A stretch of DNA of 63,979 nt, counting the filler, from Octopus bimaculoides (lineage: Eukaryota), in NCBI RefSeq assembly GCF_001194135.2. It is 7 parts of 7 records of this genome, joined end to end, with 100 filler letters (N's around TTAATTAATTAA, not from the genome) between each part and the next. Parts side by side here need not be neighbours in the genome. Positions count along the whole stretch, not along the records: positions 1 to 28,344 come from NC_068985.1; 6 more parts are not named here. One strand, written 5' to 3'. Numbering within the stretch: position 1 is the first letter of the stretch; every line of letters begins with the position of its first letter. Positions 13,991 through 27,467 of the stretch are shown here, in pieces. Under the pieces are notes generated by a model, which saw only the letters and a program-made list of their open reading frames with translations, was not told the origin of the DNA and ran no database searches. Both the position numbers and the translations under genes were made by a program.

Positions 13991-14746
13991 TTTTTTTTTT
14001 TTTGCTATAATTTGTCAATTATGGTTAATCTTTTTCTAAAGGAGCTATTTTATCTCATTCTTATATCAGGGCAGCTTTGAAATCAATCTTTTATACTTAA
14101 GTATAGTCCTTTTATAGGTAAATAAATTGAGTATAGTATTCAAATCTATCAAGTTCCAATAAATATTTGAGATCGTTGTACACTAAAAACATATTTGCTT
14201 TTTTGAATTAAAACATTTTTGTTGTTTTCTTTATGAATATTTTAATAATACAAATACTACCTATCTTTTAATCTCTTCTCAGCCACTGGATCGCAGCCAT
14301 GCTGGGGCACTACCTTGAAAGGTTTTTGTCAAACTAAACAACTGGTGCTTTTTTTTTTAAAGTTTGGTACTTATTTTGTCAGTCTCTTTCACCAAACTGC
14401 TAAGTTACAATATCATAAACAAACCAATACCATTTGTCAAGTAGCACGCAAAGGAGACAAATACAAAGACAGACAGACAGACAGACACACACACACACAC
14501 ACACATAATACAGTCTTTAATACAGAAGTATATCACATAACAATATATATGTGATCTGCTCTTTCTGATCTTCAAAAATCTAAACAGTTAACAATGGCAT
14601 GTCATAGTATATATGATATCACTGTAGATCAAGGGACTACTTATAAATGAGTAATTGAAGACATAAGTCTGTTGTAAACAGAGCTGATCATGGTTTCTCT
14701 AAAACAAATCTTAACCAGTTCTATATTTAAGAGATGAGGAATTATG

Positions 14747-14872
14747 TACATTATTTACATTTGACAGATATTTGTCCTCATCTTGTTTGAAGGCTGGAGG
14801 GTATATCAGCCAAAACGTTGTGTTAACAACAAACAAGATGAGGACAAATATCTGTCAAATGTAAATAATGTA
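14747..14872. repeat. Perfect 43-bp inverted repeat with 40-nt loop (probable Penelope-like terminus)
   Basis: 14747-14789 is the exact reverse complement of 14830-14872. Confidence 0.85.
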
Positions 14873-15252
14873 TATAATGTAAATCTTAACCATATGTAAA
14901 CTTTACAAACCATTGCTGCTTATGAAGAAATGCATTGACAAGTGATATAGAAACATTAAACACTTCTCATTTGCATAGACTTTTGCCATTATATATATAT
15001 ATTTTGGTTAGGCAGCTGATGATGGGAATATTTAAGATGCTTATTGTCAGTGAATCTTTTATATCTTTCAATCTCATTCTAAGTTGTTCTTCATACACAT
15101 AGGGTTGAACTTGTTAAAGGGCTCTTGATTGGTGGTGGTTTTGATGTTTATTTTAAAATATATTGATATTTCATGATTTTCCTTCATTAGGATTATAATT
15201 ATGCCTAGGGAAACAGTTATTTAAGGGTTTCTAGTTTGGAGAGGTTTTGTTG

Positions 15253-15284
<32 letters not shown>

Positions 15285-17299
15285 CAGAGTCAGAGAGAGA
15301 GGCAGAAAGGGAAGGAGAGAGACAGAGGAAGAGAGACAGTGAGAGAGACAGACAGACAGAGAAAACAGAGAGAGAAAGAGAGAGATGAGTCATGAGTCAC
15401 TTTTCAAAAAACTATCTTTAAAAAATAAGACATCACAATTGTAGTTAAGATAGAAATAAAATTGAACTTCATCTTTGTATTTATAGCTCATAGCAAAGAG
15501 CCATTTAAAATAAATTTATCTTCTATGTATCTCTATATCTATACATTTTAAACACTCATACCCTCTAAATTCCCTTTCCTTCTTGATACTTGAAGCTATG
15601 GCTTTCTCTGCAATTTTATCTAATCTTGTTCTTTGATACTTGCTGCTGAATATTGAGAAACATCACATATATTCCTTAAAGCTCTTCGTGTTTCTCATGA
15701 AAAAAATCCAAAAAAATCAATAGTCTTACATAAAGTAGAGAAATACTGGAAGATAGACATTTATCCATTTCTTTAAAAGTAAAGAAATCGAGGAATTCTT
15801 TTGTTGTTCTTGTTTGGTAAGTATTTTCCCAGAGATCAGGAGTTGGAACTATATTGTGCATTGTGACAGTGTCATAATAACCATTCAAAAAAATACATAT
15901 GCTGTTTATATCTTGCTTTGTATTATTAGTAGAGAAGTTATTTGACTGTTTCATTTAATGTCTGTTTCCCATGCCATCATGGCTTCAATGGAAGGAAATT
16001 GAAACAAAATTTTTTTTATGGAAGAATGTGCTTCTTGTTGTGAACCTTTGTTTATCAAGCTAAGAGATTTTACTTTCCTATTCCAGAGGAATTTGAAAGT
16101 GCATGGGCATGGTTGTGTGGTTAAGAAGCTTGTTTCCCAATCATGTGGTTCTGGGCTCAGTCCCACTGCATGGCACCTTGGACAAGTGTCTTCTACTACA
16201 GCTCCAAGCTGACCAAAGCCTTGTGAGTGTATTTGGTAGCTGAAAGAAGCTAGTCATGCATATGTGTGCATGAAGGGCATCCAACTGTAAAAAAAAAAAA
16301 CCATGCCAAAACAGGCAGTTGAAGCCTGGTGCAGTCTACTGCCAAGCCAACTCCAGTCAAACCGTCCAACCCATATCAGCATGTAAAACACACATTAAAT
16401 GACAATAATTACAATAATCCCTTGCCACATCGTGGTTCACCTATCACAGTTCACCGACCATGGTTCACCTATCAGTTTATTATTAAAGCTTACATAGATT
16501 CCTCCATGGTGTTGTTTTGCATTTATAATTTTAAAAATATATACAAATTATAAAAATATTAAAAAAATATATTCAGTACAGTACTATTTCTACTTCACAA
16601 ATTTTCACCTATCACGTAACACCCGCTATAGTTGAGGGATTACTGTATATATATATATATATATCTCACCACTATCATCATCATCATCATCATCTGTTTT
16701 CTATGCTGGCATGAGTTTGACAGGAGCTGACTAGGCAGAAGACTGTACCAAGATCTGTCTGCTTTGGAATGGTTTCTATGACAAGATGCTCTTCTTAATA
16801 TATATATGGGTATGAGTTTGTTTCTGTCCTTTGCCACACACTTGACAACAGATATTGGTTTGTTTATGTCCCTCTCAATAGTCCCGCAAGAGAGACCAAT
16901 AGAATAGGTACCAGACATTAAAAAATAAGTACTGGAGTCAATTTGTTTGACTAAACTTTTCAAGGTGGTGTCCCAGCAAGAATTGCAGTTGAAAGACAAG
17001 TAAAAAATAAAAGATAACATTTACAGACTAAGATATTGCTAATTTCTGAAAGAGGATTGAAAGATAATCATAGTTTATGAAGAGGAAATGTGAGGAAGAG
17101 GAAGATACTGTTTAAAAGAGATGTATTTCAGTTTCTTGGGGTAGAGTGTGTGAAAAGTTTGTTATTACATGTGGGTGGGACACAACTCTTGTAGCACTCA
17201 GTTTCACTGACATGAGCAGGTCTTCTCTAGAACCTCATGTCGCCAACATTGTCATTTCCTCTGTGAGCCCCAACATCCTAAGATCAGTCCTCATCACTT

Positions 17300-17843
17300 A
17301 AAGGTGGCTAGATGCAATATAAAACCAAAAGGAAGAATTCAATTGTCACTAATAGTGACTGAGGGTGCATTGTAGCACCTACATTGCTAGAAATGAGAGT
17401 CAAAGATTCTTATAGCCACAAGCATAGCACAAGTCTATGAACTCATAGGGGAATTAACTGCACTCTAGCAAGCGAGGGTACTAAACTGGCAAGCCAATTT
17501 TGCTTGAAATTAAAGCTCATCAGTAGTACTCCTGCAGTGCTTATAGTTAAGTCAAATCCAACCTGTCAGTAGATAGTTTTTACCATAAGAATCAATGGCT
17601 GATTCAACAAAATGGTCTTGTGAAAATTATAAACTAATAAAGGTGTCTAGACATAATACAAAACCAAAAGGAAGAATTCAGTTGTTGCTAATAGTGATTG
17701 AGGGTTCACTGCAGCACCTATATTGCTAGAAATAAGAGTCAAAGACCCTTATAGCCACAAACATAGCATAAATCTATATACAGACAGGGGAGTTAACTGC
17801 CCCATAGTCAGTGAGGGTACTAAATTGGCAAGTCAATTTCGCT
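17300..17843. repeat. Pair of about 200-bp diverged direct repeats separated by about 135 bp
   Basis: aaaggtg.ctaga...aaaaccaaaaggaagaattca...gagggtactaaa.tggcaag.caattt occurs at about 17300-17503 and 17640-17843. Confidence 0.85.
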
Positions 17844-18478
17844 ATACATTTATAGTATAGAATTCTCTTTTAAAAAAGTGATAGTCGTCATCTCCAGCCA
17901 TGAATAAACCACGTAACCACTGTAAAATTATACATTAAAGCAAATGAAATTTTATTATTTTTATTTAATGAGGAGACAGTCTTCTTACCCCATACCAAGC
18001 AAGTTTCTATTTCTATTTTCTTTGCTGCAGCAGACAGTTTTGAATATGATAAAGAGAGAAAGTAAGTGGAAGAAAAAGGTAGGAGAAAATTTTAAAAAGT
18101 AGGAAGAGAACATAAAAAGAGGAAGGGAATAATGTAAATGAAAGAGAAAGAAAAAGCAACATGAGGATGGTAAGAGAAAAGAGGTGAGGAAAAAGAAAAG
18201 GAAAGGAAAAAAAGAGAAATGAGGAGAAAAATGGGTGGATCACAAGAGAAGTAGAGAAAGGGAGAGAATGTGAGAGAGAGAGAGAAAGAGTGTGAGAGTA
18301 AGTGACTGTGAAAGAGAGATATGTATGGGTGGTGTTATCTGGGCCAAGATAATATAAGTTCAGCAATTTGACACATTTGTCAATTCTTCCTTGCACTGCT
18401 AAACAACCTCCAACAAAAAAGTGTTATCAGTCAGTATGTGACATCGGTTAATAAAAACAATATTAAAAACAGACTTAC

Positions 18479-18679
18479 CAGGACCAATAGCACCAGACGA
18501 GAAGCAATTGCACCAACACATCCAATAATGCCAAAAATAATAATAAGCCCACCAACTGCAATCGCTATGTAAATAGCAATATGGTATATTTTCAGAACTG
18601 AGTTAACTCCTATATTATGGTCATACCAAAAGTCTAACCGAAGCCAGAGACAGAACCCAAAGATAGCAGCTCCAAGAAC
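18479..18679 (-). CDS. Tetraspanin exon (201 nt; end of TM1, small loop, TM2): VLGAAIFGFCLWLRLDFWYDHNIGVNSVLKIYHIAIYIAIAVGGLIIIFGIIGCVGAIASRLVLLVL
   Basis: Acceptor ctttacttcag| and donor ctg|gtaagt, phase 0/0. Shows the tetraspanin signature G.W(L)R.D ... G..GC.GA. Lies inside track ORF 18431..18727. Confidence 0.9.
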
Positions 18680-19666
18680 CTGAAGTAAAGAAAAACAAAA
18701 TATTATTATTATTACAAGGCAAAACATGAAATTATATATTCAGTTTTCTGGTACATTTAGTCATTAGAATAAATATCAAAGTCAATTATTCAAAATCATA
18801 ATTAAAAATAAAATACTAAAACAAATTAGCTGGCTTAATTTAATGAAAGTCTCATATTTTGCATGGTTTTCCCTTGGGTCCTATGAATGAATATTAACTT
18901 AGAAACCCTCAGGAGTTTAAAATACAGTTTTGAAAAATTCCCTACATTCCCCCGTCCCCGCTCTTATTACGCAATCTCATAAACTTACCCTCCTATTCAC
19001 CCAGTCCAATTCATGGTCAACTTCACTGTATACACTTCCCTGTAATTTGGGCGTATGCCTTGTCACATCTTCACCATCATCTCTCTCTCTCTCTCCATTT
19101 TCTCTATTTGCTTCCCAACTGAGGAAAGCCATGGATCTCCTTCCTCCATTCCAAGACATCTATTTCTGTCCCTCTATTTATACTCTAACTCCTCATCACC
19201 TGGCACTAAGCCACCTCCCTCCATACTGCTCACCTTCATTTGAGGGATCTTGTTTTGTAAGTTACTTGGAGACCTCACTGCTGCTAGTGCTATATAAAAA
19301 GTACCCAATACATTCTGTAAAATGGTTGGTGTTAGAAACTTATACCAAAGCAGACAGTAGAGCTTAGCACAGTTTTCTGACTTTCCAGCTCCAAACTGTC
19401 CAAACTATGCCAGCATGGAAAAAGGATGTTAAATGATGATGTTGATGAAAGTCAAAACAAAACACTATCAAAATTCTTACCATAGATACCTAACATCTAT
19501 GACAAAATATTGCTGTTCTTGTGTCCTGGGAGACATAAAAAACACCAAAGATATATGTTCATTGTCTTCATTACAATAATCACAATTATTTAAATTTTCA
19601 TAGAACTCCTATACTAGCAGTAATATATAGTATTGTTTTGTGATGTCTATAACTAACATAGCTTAC

Positions 19667-19903
19667 AATGTTCTTATGTGTGCATTTGCAAAGTATGAAA
19701 AAAAGTCCAGGTTTTGTTTGGCACATTTGCTCTCAGGGTAGTCTCCTTTGCAGGAACATTTTATCAGTTCTTTGCAAGCTTTGAAACCTTTGGAACTGTT
19801 GCTGAAAGTATTCCCATATCTTAGATTTGGAAAAGGAAGAATTAGATGAGTTTGTGTGCTGGTTGTCCAGAACCTTGCTTGATACATTTGTGAGCCAAAT
19901 ATG
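19667..19903 (-). mobile_element. Fossil C-terminus of a Cys-rich DNA transposase (Academ-like, inferred)
   Basis: Translation MYQARFWTTSTQTHLILPFP...KACKELIKCSCKGDYPESKCAKQNL resembles the remembered YQA..W....LP.P...KAC.ELIKC.CK...CKC.K.NL tail of invertebrate transposases. The family assignment is from memory. Confidence 0.5.
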
Positions 19904-20075
19904 CTGGAATAGACAGTAAAAAAAAAAACAAAAAACAAAAAAAAAACGCTCAAAAACTAACATTTTGTTTATTATATATTTGCAGAATTATGTTTGTAAC
20001 CAGATTATTAAAATAGAAAAACATTTACAATATGCAATCTTTTATCACTAAAATTACTCTTCCATAATGTAACGG

Positions 20076-20115
<40 letters not shown>

Positions 20116-21365
20116 TACTGTTCTGCTTTAGTCACAACAACTATTATCATACCAGGTTACAACTTTTGTTTATGTACACATACCTATATACACAATTATA
20201 TTCGCATATATAAATATTCACACATACATAAATACAGGAGCAGAGAATGCTGTGTAGCTATGAAACTCAGTTACAGTTTCTGAACTTTGGGCCAGTATTT
20301 TCTGCTCTATTATTGGGTTTATCTATGACGTGCGAAATCTGGAAAATAAATAATATGCTGAACTCATGTGCATGTATACGTGTGTGTGTGTGTGCATGTG
20401 GGGGTGGGCATGCATGTATGTGTGGGTACGTTTCAGTGCATATTCACACACACACATGACCCTATGAATTTAAAGAACTTGTGTGCAGATGACATTTTTG
20501 TTTTACTGTTGACAAGATCACTACAAGTGCTATGTGAGCCGTTTTTGGTTATTTAAACAAGTAAAACTGATATCTGTGTAACAGCAGTTAGACAAAACTG
20601 CTGTCTGTTTTAATACACTTTTAGCTGTCACCCACGACCATGTGTAAGCTGTTTCTCTTTAAACTGTCAATTGCTAGCACTTAATGTCTATCTTGACATT
20701 GCCTTGTCAATTTTAAGTTTTTTATTTTCTGCTGCCCTATATGTACTACTAGAAAATATTTACACTTTGCAAACATGAACATACACATTTTCTATAAAAC
20801 TTTTTGCAACATTAACCAGCTGAATTTGTAAAACAGAAATATCTGTGCATATTTTCACAAACACGTGAACTTGCTCTGATTGCTATGGTAAATTATGATC
20901 TATTACATTCCATTTTGAATTCTGTTCCATCTCAAACCTGTATTCACTAACCAAGTACTGCTTTAATGGTTGTTGGATAATTCTACCAATAAGATTGGAA
21001 GAAGTCTATTTTCTGTAGGTATTTATTTATTTATTTATGTGTTTCAGCCAAGTGGCTGCGGTCATGCTGGTGCACCATGCAATAAAAGGAAAATTAATTT
21101 ATTTTTGCTATTTTTCCTTGCAAACACCTTTAATTTTCTACAAATTTACACACAATGTGGGTGTGTATAATAATTTAACATCTGTATACCATGCTCAAAT
21201 GGGTTAGACAGTTCAACAGGATATCTGACTAGCCTGAGGGTTATGTTTGTGTCTAATGTTTGCCTTGGCAAGGTTTCTACAGTGGATACCCTTCCTAATG
21301 CCAACCACTTTACAGAGTGTACTTGGTACTTTATATATATATACATACCCACACACACACACACA

Positions 21366-22237
21366 CGAGGTCTGATCAATAAGTATCCGGACTATTGCCA
21401 TAGTAATGAAACTAAAGCACTCAGAGTGAAGCCACTTGGCAAAGACTGACCTTGAATTCTGCTGTGCATGCACACTACACTTTGACATTCTAGCTCACTT
21501 CTGCTGTTTACAGCAGTGCTTGGAAGGAAGGTGTGTGTAGTGTGTGATTGTCGCATTGACCATGACAGAGAAAGTTGTCAAAGCGATACTGGCTCAGAGG
21601 CCTAAGAAAAGTTGCAGAAGGTGTATGGAGAGGAGTGTATGAGCCACACACAAGCATACGAGTGGTTCAGACGTTTCCAAGATGGTCAAAAAATGTTGAT
21701 ATTGACGAACGTTCTGGGAACCTGTAACCAGCAGAACTGAGAAAAACATCACAGATATGTGTGCAGTTGTGAGGGGAAATCGTTGAATCACCATCCGTGA
21801 GTTATCAGAGGATGTGCAGATTAGTTACAGTTCAGTCCATTATCACTGAAGATTTAGGTATGAGACTCGTGTCTGTCAAGTTGGTGCCAAAACTGCTTTC
21901 AGCTGACCAAAAGGACACTCAGGTTTCAGTTGCACAAGATCTCCTTGATTGTGTTGAGAAGAATGGAAACTTTGCGTAGGCTTCTGAGCAGGTATGGCCA
22001 AGATTTTGGCAAAATTTGATGCAGATTCTCTGCTCAACTTCTTGTCAATGCGATCGTTACATGCTACACACCTTCCTTCCAAGCACTGCTGTAAACAGTG
22101 GAAGTGAACTAGAACATTAAAACTTAGTGCACATACACAGCAGAGTTCAAGGTCAAACTGTGCAAAGTGGCTTCACTCTGTGTGCTTTAATTTCGTCACT
22201 ATGGCAACAGTCTAGATACTTATTGATCAGACCACAT
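21366..22237 (+). mobile_element. Non-autonomous mariner: 5' half of the transposase followed by an inverted copy of the element 5' end
   Basis: TIR cgaggtctgatcaataagtatc and its complement at the right end. More than 200 bp of arms pair. Internal KVYGEECMSHTQAYEWFRRFQDG...ITIRELS...LGMRLVSVKLVPKLL. The right arm encodes EQRICIKFCQNLG on the minus strand. Confidence 0.88.
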
Positions 22238-23039
22238 ATATATCACAGTATAGAGTGTCTTTATTAAAGTTTTTCTCACTATACTATATATGCATGTACT
22301 AACTTAACCAATTGTTTTCTACGCAGATGTTATCACTGGATAACTTCCCTCAATCAGATTAATTAAATCATTCACTCTTGTGCTAATATTTTCTTCCATT
22401 CACTGCAAGCATAATTTTAATCGAATGTTGTCAGCTCATTTTGATTATCTGAGATTCTGCTCTTGTTTTGATCTGTTTTGATCAGATTTAAGCTTTAATC
22501 TGTTTTCTTCTCTTCAGTCCAGGATGGGTTTTCATCAATTGAAAATGTCATACACTGTGTGTATATGTGTGTGTGTGTGTTTTGCCAATTATTATTGGTA
22601 AAAAGATGTAAACACCAGCAAGAAAACTAAAAATCAATGCTTTCAAATAAAAATCTTGAGCATGGTATTTATTCTGTCAAATTAGACAATCCCATCAGAT
22701 TACAGAGCAAAGTATAAACCCATATTTGAAAAAATAATTCTCTGAGCAACTTGAGCACAATTTCTTTGTATATCAAAGATCTACAGAAAAACCTAATAAA
22801 ATAAAGAAAAAAAAACTACAGCAAATATCTATAAAAATATATTAAAAAAAACTTTAAAATTCCAGCCCCCACTTCCAAAGAAAACAACAACAACATTAGT
22901 TGGATTTTAAAAACTAAATCTTTACCTATCTTGTGTTTCACACTTATCAGAAAGAGGAATATTTACGAAGCTAATTGTAAAAAAAATTTTTTAATTTCTG
23001 TAAGACCCATCAAGCCAAGTAAAATCACAGTTGTAGAAG

Positions 23040-23260
23040 ATAACGGTATCATGCAAATGGTAACCATGCTGGTAACATGTAAAAGCACCCATTACACTCT
23101 CAGAGGGGTTGGCTTTAGGACGGGCATGCAGCCATAGAAACCTTGCCAAATCAGACTGGAGTCTGGTGTAGCCTTCCAGCTGGCCAGCCCTGGTCAAACC
23201 GTCCAACCCATGCCAGCATGGACAATGGATGTTAGATGATGATGATGATGATGATGATAA
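23040..23260 (-). mobile_element. SINE/LINE 3' end, family D, with (GAT)n tail (tail reads GAT on the plus strand)
   Basis: ccgtccaacccatgccagcatgg followed by (GAT)n. Same family as 1-60, 19270-19445 and 24000-24200, and opposite in orientation to 29200-29460 and 30442-30700. The strand label is uncertain. Confidence 0.6.
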
Positions 23261-26200
23261 CAATGCAACAAGTTTCCTACCATTTTCTAACTGTAGGAAT
23301 GGAATGAAAAAAGCAGAGTTATTAATAACCTGCTATCCCTTTTTTTTTTTTTTACAATATAATTGAATTCTTCATTTCTTTGAGAGAGAGAGAGAGGGGG
23401 GGAGAAGGAGAGGGGAGAGAGAGAGAGAGAGAAAGCAAGCACTGCTTACTGTCTATTTTTCTATGCTTGTATGGGTTAATAGAGTTTGAAGCAAATTTTC
23501 TATGGCTGGATGCCCTTCCTGTTGCCAACCCTTACCTATTAGCAAGATAATATTTTCCCATGGCTAGACATTTTCACAGAATATTGGAAATTAATGATAC
23601 TGCTTGGATGAGACCCATTTGTAACTATCATTTAATATTAAAACAAGGAGACACACGCTTCTTTCAGTTCCCATCAATCAAATCCACTCACAAGGCTTTA
23701 GTCAACATGAGGCCATAATAGAGGATACTTGCCCAAAGTCCTACACATTGAGATTAAACCCAAAACCACATGGTTGCAACATAGATCTCTTAACTACATA
23801 GCCATATCACTATCCCCATGCCAAATATATATACATATGCACACACACTACCCTCACTGTTCCTTGTGGGCAGGTTCTCTTTCTCTCTCTCTCTTTCCCT
23901 GTGTATCTCCTTGATAGTAAGAGGGTTACCTCATAGTTCCCTTCCTGTCTTGGCTGAGAGGTCCTTATTTTGTGAGCTCACAAATGCTATTGCCATATAT
24001 AAAGCGCCTAAACTGGTGCCATGTATAAAGTGCTCAGCACACTCTGTAAAGTGGCTGGCATTAAGAAAGGCATCCAGCCATAGAAACCATGCCAAAACAG
24101 ACAATTGGAGCCTGGTGCAGCTCTCTGGCTTAACAACTCCAATCTCAAACCATTCAACCCATGCCAGCATGGAAAACAGACATTAAATGATAATGACAAT
24201 GATGATACACATACACACATACACTCAATCTATCACAATCACATTGAGAGCCTCACAAAACATTTAGATAAAAAAGATCACCAAAGAAAGAAGTTCCACT
24301 ATTTTTGATTCTCTCAAAAGACATTTAACTAAAGTAAAATATGAAATCACAGGACCTGATTAAAATATTGCAGTCTCAAATTTCTTCTGACAACATCTGA
24401 GTTAACAGAAGTAAAATTCACAACTGCTCGTGTTCCCTACAAAATTTGTTTTCAATGCAAGTTTTCCCATCCTCATAATTATGATTTTAACAACTTGAAT
24501 ATCTTCACTGCTGCATTTCCCCAAAGGCTTATTGGGGTTTCAAAGATTATCAGTTCTTTCATCCGGTATTAATTATCTCGAAAGTAAATACTGTTCAGTA
24601 TCAGTGAATTTTATCAAAATACGAAAACCGTCCAAAATGTACTTAGTCCATAGTATTTAATGTAAAATATTTTTGAGACATAATCATAAGAAGAAAAAAA
24701 TAAATGATAGTTAAGGCTTTCCTCTAGACGAAATATCAAGACAATGTAGTTGCCACTGCTAAAAACAACATACAGTGTATTTGGTTTATAAACAAAGGTT
24801 ATCACAAAAACTGTTTTGACTGAAAGAACTTTGTTTTAAGAGTGAGTATTCAATGAGTTTCAGCTAAAAACAAATTTGCAAGTTGGTGTCAACTTAGAAT
24901 ACATGGAAAGGAAATAGAATCCATTGGGGAATGTTCCTTGGAATAAATGATTGTATCTTATGTTTGAAGCAAAAAACAAGTAGAATGGAGCGTATGATGA
25001 AAGCTACTATCAGCAAATTTCAAAGTTAAAGCCATTATTGTAACTAGCAGAAAAAAGCCNNNNNNNNNNNNNNNNNNNNNNNNNTTTTTTTTTTTTAACA
25101 GAAATAATTAAAGAGGGTGAGAGAGGACATTATAAGGATAGAGAAAGACTAACAGGAATAGAAGTGATAAGGAAAAGATGGAAAGAGAGACATTTTTAAA
25201 AAATGCTATCTCAAGTGAATTAAAATTTGCTTTCTGATCAAATCATATAATTGAAAACTTCAGTAATAAAAGAATCATGAAAATCAAATTTTGATGAAAA
25301 AATATTAATTGGAATTTTTAATAATTTTTTAGACAGTGTAGACTTTAATAATTGTCATTTTTTTTTAGTAAATGTTACAAACTCATTACTAATAAGTAGC
25401 TTTTTGTTTTCATTATAGTATAGATCGTATATGAGAATGTTTTAACTCTTAATGATTATACATCAGTCATAAAATTATTATAGGAGTGTGATAATTTCTG
25501 CAGTAAACCAGAACCTCTAAAAATTTAATTGTTTAGCCCCGGGTTGGTATCAAAAGGGTTAATGGACTTTGCGATTGAAAGTGAAAGCCCACAAGAAGAA
25601 AAGTGGCTTTTAAGGAAGTGACTTTTTTCCTGGAAAATTTTGGTGGCAGACTTAACCCAACACCTGGTTTAATCCCACCAGTTGACCTTTGAATGCAAAG
25701 TATACTTCTTTACCAATACAGAATAAAACACAGTAAATTTAGTTTAGAATTTTGGATGCAGTAATATAGGGAAAAGTTTTGGTAAAGATGCAATGGTTAT
25801 ATTCCAGATGAATAGACTGCAGCTGATATCAGTGTAAGATTTTCTCCAGATTTTGTTGGTGTTTTTCTCGAGAGAAGTGGGGAGGGGAAAGAGAGAATGG
25901 GCGAGAGAGAGACAGACAGACAGACAGACCTAGCAGAATTGCTTATCTCAAATAGTGATAGTGAAACTTCTGACATTCTTAAAATTGGCACAGGTTGAAC
26001 TAATTAGCCAGTATGAATGATTAGAGTAAGAGTTGTAGTTGTAATGATATAATGACTGGATGAGGCTATGCAAGTAAGTCAGAGGATGGAGCTGAAGATA
26101 AGCTCCAGAATATTGAAGGAATTTAGTCCAATAGTTTAGGGCATATATAGGAAAAAGAGATTAGATAATGTAGGTTGATGTTCAGTTTATGCTAATCCTG

Positions 26201-26264
26201 GGTGAATAGATCTTTAGTTAAAGATGTTCCAGACTTATACATCTGGATTGGTAGAATGGTTAAT

Positions 26265-26630
26265 ATATGGCTGTGTGGTTAAGAAGATTGTTTTCGCAAC
26301 CACATGGCTTTGTGGTCAGTCCCATTGCATAGCACTTTGGGCAAGTGTCTTCTACTATTATAATCCTGGGCCGACCAATGCCTTATAAGTGAATTTGGTA
26401 GATGGAAACTGAAAAATAAAGCAAAAAAAGTCATGTGTGTGTGTGTGTGTTTGTCCCCACCATCACTAACAAATGGTATTTGTTTACATCCCTGTAACTT
26501 AGCAGTTCAGCATAAGAGACCAACAGATTAAGTATCAGACTTAAGGATAAGTACTGGGGTCAATTTGTTCACTTAAACCTTTCAAGGTGGTGCCCCAGCA
26601 TGGCCACGGTCCAATGAATGAAATAAGTAA
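26265..26630 (+). mobile_element. SINE family B
   Basis: Complete head, core and tail order. Confidence 0.85.
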
Positions 26631-27224
26631 AATATACACGATATTGTCAAATATGCCCTTTTAGGATGTGGGTTTTTAAGGGAGGCTTTGTTTCTATATA
26701 TATAGCAACTTGAGGAGTGATTGTTCAGCAAAGTAAAAATTTCAGCTGGTGAAATGTGCCAGATCATAGGTGTTGGAATGAGAAAAGACAGTGGGAAATT
26801 GTGGAAGATAATTTCAGACAAGGAATGTTTATTTTAGAAAAGGAAGCAATAAAAGAAAGCAAGAATTTCTACGAGAAGCTGGAAGACTTTGTTACAGATA
26901 TATTTAAGTGAAAGAGAGAGAGAGAACAGACTCTATAGAATCTAGAACTTAATTTTTGCTGAAGAAATAAAATATTCAATAGTAATTCTCCGCAAGATGT
27001 AAGAGATTCTTGATTAGGTTTTACTGATTATTTCAATGAAAACCAAACCACAGAATTTTTCTTAACTATGAGCAATTAATCAGCAAGTTACTGGAACAGA
27101 GAATATAATTGGCCAATAAAAACTAATTGCTTTCTCCATGAGAAGGCAGCAAGCAGTGTAATACAACTGCTGCCCTCTGTATTTAAAATTACTAACAAAA
27201 TAAAAAGGATTGAGATATATATCT

Positions 27225-27421
27225 CTTTTACTTGTTTCAGTTAATGGACTGTGACCATACTGGGGCAGGCTCTTGAAGGTTTTAGTGAAACAAATCACCC
27301 TCAGTATTTATTTTTTAACAACCTTGGTATTCAATCAGTCTCATTTACTGAAGCACCAAGTTATCTGGATGTAAACAAACCAACACCAGTTGTCAAACAG
27401 TGGTCGGGAGACAAATTCTCA

Positions 27422-27467
<46 letters not shown>

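Noticed and set aside
15562-15645. 84-nt candidate cassette exon on the minus strand (cag|...gg|gtatga)
   Set aside because: It has a stop in the phase-0 frame required by the tetraspanin intron, a modest acceptor and no recognisable homology.
19481-19525. 45-nt segment with cccag| and |gtaaga as tetraspanin exon 1
   Set aside because: It does not encode a TM1-like sequence, has a stop in the phase-0 frame and has no supporting evidence.
20582-20606. 9-bp hairpin acagcagtt/aactgctgt as a miRNA or regulatory stem
   Set aside because: It is too short to be distinguishable from chance in 64 kb.
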